Assembly: GCA_964057225.1 (NCBI GenBank)
Contig: OZ059895.1
Location: 11,284,001-11,348,000 of the forward strand
DNA length: 64,000 bases
Direction: 5' to 3'
Source: Auanema rhodensis
Taxonomy: Eukaryota; Animalia; Nematoda
Position 1 is the stretch's first letter. Every line of letters begins with the position of its first letter. Below are positions 56,988 to 64,000 of the stretch, in pieces. Position numbers and translations under genes: made by a program. The notes below the pieces were generated by a model, which did not search any database, had not been told where the DNA came from, and worked only from the letters and a program-made list of their open reading frames with translations.

Positions 56988-59771
56988 ATGTTTTCAATTT
57001 TCAAGCAGTTTTACTCAGATAGCTTAACCCAAGGCAGCAAATTATCTTCAATATTACTTCTATCTTACAGTTATAAACGAATAGTTAATGAACCATCATC
57101 TTACCTTTACTGTTTCTATCTATTTCCTATCGAAAGCAACTTTGTTCAAACACTATACAACTGTGAAACCTTTTTTAATTTCTTGTATTTGGAGCTCATA
57201 AGATTTGATATCATTGAGGGATCCAGATAGAACGTGGAAAATTACGTAACTAACATGAAATTGGAAAAAACTATAACGAGGATAAGTATGTGAATCATTG
57301 AATATCAAATATTCTCGCTTAGGACCATACCACGTTGAAAGTACGCCATGCCGCTGATTTTCAATTTTAACTCTTTTGTAACAAATGTTTTCAATTTTCA
57401 AGCAGTTTTACTCAGATAGCTTAACCCAAGGCAGCAAATTATCTTCAATATTAATTCTATCTTACAGTTATAAACCAATAGTTAATGAACCATCATCTTA
57501 CCTTTACTGTTTCTATCTATTTCCTATCGAAAGCAACTTTGTTCAAACACTATACAACTGTGAAACCTTTTTTAATTTCTTGTATTTGGAGCTCATAAGA
57601 TTTGATATCATCGAGGGATCCAGATAGAACGTGGAAAATTACATAACTAACATGAAATTGGGAAAAAATTATAACGAGGATAAGTATGTAAATCATTGAA
57701 TATCAGATATTTTTGCTTACAACTATACCACGTTGTAAGTACGCCATGCCGCTGATTTTCAATTTTAACTCTTTTTTAACAAATGTTTTCAATTTTCAAG
57801 CAGTTTTACTCAGATAGCTTAACCCAAGACAGCAAATTATCTTCAATATTATTTCTATCTTACAGTTATAAACGAATAGTTAATGAACCATCATCTTACC
57901 TTTACTGTTTCTATCTATTTCCTATCGAAAGCAACTTTGTTCAAACACTATACAACTGTGAAACCTTTTTTAATTTCTTGTATTTGGAGCTCATAAGATT
58001 TGATATCATCGAGGGATCCAGATAGAACGTGGAAAATTACATAACTAACATGAAATTGGGGAAAAATTATAACGAGGATAAGTATGTAAATCATTGAATA
58101 TCAGATATTTTTGCTTACAACTATACCACGTTGTAAGTACGCCATGCCGCTGATTTTCAATTTTAACTCTTTTTTAACAAATGTTTTCAATTTTCAAGCA
58201 GTTTTACTTAGATAGCTCAACCCAAGGCAGCAAATTATCTTCAATCTTATTTCTATCTTACAGATATAAACCAGTAGTTAATGAACCATCATCTTACCTT
58301 TACTATTTCTATCTATTTTCTATCGAAACCAACTTTGTTCAAAAACTATACAACTGTGAAACCTTTTTTAATTTCTTGTATTTGGAGCTCATAAGATTTG
58401 ATATCATTGAGGGATCCAGATAGAACATGGAAAATTACATAACTAACATGAAATTGGGAAAAAATTATAACGAGGATAAGTATGTAATTCATTGAATATC
58501 AGATATTTTCGCTTAGGACCATACCACGTTGAAAGTACGCCATGCCGCTGATTTTCAATTTTAACTCTTTTGTAACGAATGTTTTCAATTTTCAAGCAGT
58601 TTTACTCAGATAGCTTAACCCAAGGCAGCAAATTATCTTCAATATTATTTTTATCTTACAGTTATAAACCAATAGTTAATGAACCATCATCTTACCTTTA
58701 CCATTTCTATCTATTTCATATCGAAACCAACTTTGTTCAAAAACTATACGACTGTGAAACCTTTTTTAATTTCTTGTATTTGGAGCTCAAAAGATTTGAT
58801 ATCATTGAGGGATCCAGATAGAACGTGGAAAATTACATAACTAACATGAAATTGGGAAAAAATTATAACGAGGATAAGTATGTAAATCATTGAATATCAG
58901 ATATTTTTGCTTACAACTATACCACGTTGTAAGTACGCCATGCCGCTGATTTTCAATTTTAACTCTTTTGTAACGAATGTTTTCAATTTTCAAGCAGTTT
59001 TACTCAGATAGCTTAACCCAAGGCAGCAAATTATCTTCAATATTATTTCTATCTTACAGTTATAAACGAATAGTTAATGAACCATCATCTTACCTTTACT
59101 GTTTCCATCTATTTCCTATCGAAAGCAACTTTGTTCAAACACTATACAACTGTGAAACCTTTTTTAATTTCTTGTATTTGGAGCTCATAAGATTTGATAT
59201 CATTGAGGGATCCAGATAGAACGTGGAAAATTACGTAACTAACATGAAATTGGAAAAAACTATAACGAGGATAAGTATGTGAATCATTGAATATCAAATA
59301 TTTTCGCTTAGGACCATACCACGTTGAAAGTACGCCATGCCGCTGATTTTCAATTTTAACTCTTTTGTAACAAATGTTTTCAATTTTCAAGCAGTTTTAC
59401 TCAGATAGCTTAACCCAAGGCAGCAAATTATCTTCAATATTAATTCTATCTTACAGTTATAAACCAATAGTTAATGAACCATCATCTTACCTTTACTGTT
59501 TCTATCTATTTCCTATCGAAAGCAACTTTGTTCAAACACTATACAACTGTGAAACCTTTTTTAATTTCTTGTATTTGGAGCTCATAAGATTTGATATCAT
59601 CGAGGGATCCAGATAGAACGTGGAAAATTACATAACTAACATGAAATTGGGGAAAAATTATAACGAGGATAAGTATGTAAATCATTGAATATCAGATATT
59701 TTTGCTTACAACTATACCACGTTGTAAGTACGCCATGCCGCTGATTTTCAATTTTAACTCTTTTTTAACAA

Positions 59772-60064
59772 ATGTTTTCAATTTTCAAGCAGTTTTACTT
59801 AGATAGCTCAACCCAAGGCAGCAAATTATCTTCAATCTTATTTCTATCTTACAGATATAAACCAGTAGTTAATGAACCATCATCTTACCTTTACTATTTC
59901 TATCTATTTTCTATCGAAACCAACTTTGTTCAAAAACTATACAACTGTGAAACCTTTTTTAATTTCTTGTATTTGGAGCTCATAAGATTTGATATCATTT
60001 ACAACTATACCACGTTGTAAGTACGCCATGCCGCTGATTTTCAATTTTAACTCTTTTGTAACAA
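59772..60064 (+). repeat. Truncated 293-bp monomer (same deletion)
   Basis: Identical junction at ~59999. Confidence 0.97.
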
Positions 60065-62847
60065 ATGTTTTCAATTTTCAAGCAGCTCTACTTAGATAGC
60101 TCAACCCAAGGCAGCAATTTATCTTCAATATTATTTCTATCTTACAGTTATAAACCAATAGTTAATGAACCATCATCTTACCCTTACCATTTCTATCTAT
60201 TTCATATCAAAACCAACTTTGTTCAAAAACTATACGACTGTGAAACCTTTTTTAATTTCTTGTATTTGGAGCTCAAAAGATTTGATATCATTGAGGGATC
60301 CAGATAGAACGTGGAAAATTACATAACTAACATGAAATTGGAAAAAACTATAACGAGGATAAGTATGTGAATCATTGAATATCAGATATTTTCGCTTAGG
60401 ACCATACCACGTTGAAAGTACGCCATGCCGCTGATTTTCAATTTTAACTCTTTTGTAACGAATGTTTTCAATTTTCAAGCAGTTTTACTCAGATAGCTTA
60501 ACCCAAGGCAGCAAATTATCTTCAATATTATTTTTATCTTACAGTTATAAACCAATAGTTAATGAACCATCATCTTACCCTTACCATTTCTATCTATTTC
60601 ATATCGAAACCAACTTTGTTCAAAAACTATACGACTGTGAAACCTTTTTTAATTTCTTGTATTTGGAGCTCAAAAGATTTGATATCATTGAGGGATCCAG
60701 ATAGAACGTGGAAAATTACATAACTAACATGAAATTGGAAAAAACTATAACGAGGATAAGTATGTGAATCATTGAATATCAGATATTTTCGCTTAGGACC
60801 ATACCACGTTGAAAGTACGCCATGCCGCTGATTTTCAATTTTAACTCTTTTGTAACGAATGTTTTCAATTTTCAAGCAGTTTTACTCAGATAGCTTAACC
60901 CAAGGCAGCAAATTATCTTCAATATTATTTTTATCTTACAGTTATAAACCAATAGTTAATGAACCATCATCTTACCCTTACCATTTCTATCTATTTCATA
61001 TCGAAACTAACTTTGTTCAAAAACTATACGACTGTGAAACCTTTTTTAATTTCTTGTATTTGGAGCTCAAAAGATTTGATATCATTGAGGGATCCAGATA
61101 GAACATGGAAAATTACATAACTAACATGAAATTGGGAAAAAATTATAACGAGGATAAGTATGTAATTCATTGAATATCAGATATTTTCGCTTAGGACCAT
61201 ACCACGTTGAAAGTACGCCATGCCGCTGATTTTCAATTTTAACTCTTTTGTAACGAATGTTTTCAATTTTCAAGCAGTTTTACTCAGATAGCTTAACCCA
61301 AGGCAGCAAATTATCTTCAATATTATTTTTATCTTACAGTTATAAACCAATAGTTAATGAACCATCATCTTACCCTTACCATTTCTATCTATTTCATATC
61401 GAAACCAACTTTGTTCAAAAACTATACGACTGTGAAACCTTTTTTAATTTCTTGTATTTGGAGCTCAAAAGATTTGATATCATTGAGGGATCCAGATAGA
61501 ACGTGGAAAATTACATAACTAACATGAAATTGGGAAAAAATTATAACGAGGATAAGTATGTAAATCATTGAATATCAAATATTTTCGCTTAGGACCATAC
61601 CACGTTGAAAGTACGCCATGCCGCTGATTTTCAATTTTAACTCTTTTGTAACGAATGTTTTCAATTTTCAAGCAGTTTTACTCAGATAGCTTAACCCAAG
61701 GCAGCAAATTATCTTCAATATTATTTCTATCTTACAGTTATAAACGAATAGTTAATGAACCATCATCTTACCTTTACTGTTTCTATCTATTTCCTATCGA
61801 AAGCAACTTTGTTCAAACACTATACAACTGTGAAACCTTTTTTAATTTCTTGTATTTGGAGCTCATAAGATTTGATATCATTGAGGGATCCAGATAGAAC
61901 GTGGAAAATTACGTAACTAACATGAAATTGGAAAAAACTATAACGAGGATAAGTATGTGAATCATTGAATATCAAATATTTTCGCTTAGGACCATACCAC
62001 GTTGAAAGTACGCCATGCCGCTGATTTTCAATTTTAACTCTTTTGTAACAAATGTTTTCAATTTTCAAGCAGTTTTACTCAGATAGCTTAACCCAAGGCA
62101 GCAAATTATCTTCAATATTAATTCTATCTTACAGTTATAAACCAATAGTTAATGAACCATCATCTTACCTTTACTGTTTCTATCTATTTCCTATCGAAAG
62201 CAACTTTGTTCAAACACTATACAACTGTGAAACCTTTTTTAATTTCTTGTATTTGGAGCTCATAAGATTTGATATCATCGAGGGATCCAGATAGAACGTG
62301 GAAAATTACATAACTAACATGAAATTGGGGAAAAATTATAACGAGGATAAGTATGTAAATCATTGAATATCAGATATTTTTGCTTACAACTATACCACGT
62401 TGTAAGTACGCCATGCCGCTGATTTTCAATTTTAACTCTTTTTTAACAAATGTTTTCAATTTTCAAGCAGTTTTACTTAGATAGCTCAACCCAAGGCAGC
62501 AAATTATCTTCAATCTTATTTCTATCTTACAGATATAAACCAGTAGTTAATGAACCATCATCTTACCTTTACTATTTCTATCTATTTTCTATCGAAACCA
62601 ACTTTGTTCAAAAACTATACAACTGTGAAACCTTTTTTAATTTCTTGTATTTGGAGCTCATAAGATTTGATATCATCGAGGGATCCAGATAGAACGTGGA
62701 AAATTACATAACTAACATGAAATTGGGAAAAAATTATAACGAGGATAAGTATGTAAATCATTGAATATCAGATATTTTTGCTTACAACTATACCACGTTG
62801 AAAGTACGCCATGCCGCTGATTTTCAATTTTAACTCTTTTGTAACAA

Positions 62848-63140
62848 ATGTTTTCAATTTTCAAGCAGTTTTACTCAGATAGCTTAACCCAAGGCAGCAA
62901 ATTATCTTCAATATTAATTCTATCTTACAGATATAAACCAATAGTTAATGAACCATCATCTCACCTTTACTGTTTCTATCTATTTCCTATCGAAAGCAAC
63001 TTTGTTCAAACACTATACAACTGTGAAACCTTTTTTAATTTCTTGTATTTGGAGCTCATAAGATTTGATATCATTTACAACTATACCACGTTGAAAGTAC
63101 GCCATGCCGCTGATTTTCAATTTTAACTCTTTTGTAACGA
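62848..63140 (+). repeat. Truncated 293-bp monomer (same deletion, different flanking alleles)
   Basis: Identical junction at ~63075. Confidence 0.97.
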
Positions 63141-64000
63141 ATGTTTTCAATTTTCAAGCAGTTTTACTCAGATAGCTTAACCCAAGGCAGCAAATTATCT
63201 TCAATATTATTTTTATCTTACAGTTATAAACCAATAGTTAATGAACCATCATCTTACCCTCACCATTTCTATCTATTTCATATCGAAACCAACTTTGTTC
63301 AAAAACTATACGACTGTGAAACCTTTTTTAATTTCTTGTATTTGGAGCTCAAAAGATTTGATATCATTGAGGGATCCAGATAGAACATGGAAAATTACAT
63401 AACTAACATGAAATTGGGAAAAAATTATAACGAGGATAAGTATGTAATTCATTGAATATCAGATATTTTCGCTTACAACTATACCACGTTGTAAGTACGC
63501 CATGCCGCTGATTTTCAATTTTAACTCTTTTGTAACGAATGTTTTCAATTTTCAAGCAGTTTTACTCAGATAGCTTAACCCAAGGCAGCAAATTATCTTC
63601 AATATTATTTTTATCTTACAGTTATAAACCAATAGTTAATGAACCATTATCTTACCTTTACTGTTTCTATCTATTTCCTATCGAAAGCAACTTTGTTCAA
63701 ACACTATACAACTGTGAAACCTTTTTTAATTTCTTGTATTTGGAGCTCATAAGATTTGATATCATCGAGGGATCCAGATAGAACGTGGAAAATTACATAA
63801 CTAACATGAAATTGGGAAAAAATTATAACGAGGATAAGTATGTAAATCATTGAATATCAGATATTTTTGCTTACAACTATACCACGTTGTAAGTAAGCCA
63901 TGCCGCTGATTTTCAATTTTAACTCTTTTGTAACGAATGTTTTCAATTTTCAAGCAGTTTTACTCAGATAGCTTAACCCAAGACAGCAAATTATCTTCAA

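Larger units (their letters stand above)
1..64000 (+). repeat. Tandem satellite DNA array, ~397/398-bp monomer, ~162 copies, running off both window edges
   Basis: The same unit (atgttttcaattttcaagcag...gagctc...gatatc...ggatcc...gccatgccgctgattttcaattttaactcttttgtaacaa) recurs at 365, 763, 1160, 1558 ... 63539, 63937. Spacing is 397 or 398 bp throughout, except four 293-bp units and one 400-bp unit. I saw no unique sequence and no inversion. Confidence 0.99.

Noticed and set aside
133-62068. Repeated 82-aa minus-strand ORF (MKIENICY...GFTVV), or a toxin-antitoxin-like overlapping pair
   Set aside because: It is frameshifted in every 398-bp monomer, has no homology I recognise, and the overlap with the plus-strand ORF is a by-product of the repeat.
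365-63781. Repeated 80-aa plus-strand ORF (MFSIFKQF...IIEGSR) as a tandem gene family
   Set aside because: It is simply a frame of the monomer. It has no recognisable domain, its variants are largely amino-acid changing, and it is broken by stops or frameshifts in several copies (e.g. 2352-3146, 4338, 10300, 22216, 38908). Homogenisation explains its persistence. dN/dS or Ribo-seq would be needed to revive it.
1-64000. CRISPR array or other repeat-spacer/cassette system
   Set aside because: There are no unique spacers. The entire unit is repeated and the variation is SNP-level.
1-64000. Tandem 5S rRNA, tRNA, snRNA or histone gene array; telomeric repeat; transposon insertion
   Set aside because: No recognisable 5S, tRNA cloverleaf, snRNA or short telomeric motif is present in the monomer. 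Monomer spacing is continuous, leaving no room for an insertion.

Overview
The whole 64-kb window is one uninterrupted head-to-tail satellite DNA array on a single strand orientation. It holds about 162 copies of an AT-rich (~31-32% GC by hand count) 397/398-bp monomer, most likely eukaryotic heterochromatic or centromeric satellite. I do not recognise the family or the host. I find no credible protein-coding gene, RNA gene, transposon or CRISPR array; every ORF in the track is a recurring reading frame of the monomer. The interesting content is internal. There are several local higher-order repeats (2-, 3-, 4-, 5-, 6-, 7-, 8-, 9-, 10- and 12-monomer periods) organised into variant domains. 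Four 293-bp monomers share one 104/105-bp deletion junction. A linked allele creates a perfect 8-bp hairpin whose 5' edge coincides with that deletion breakpoint. The polymorphisms are heavily CpG/TpG/CpA, and the monomer may have a degenerate fold-back structure. I cannot support a novel gene system here. All comparisons were made by eye from marker variants and ORF spacing, not by alignment.
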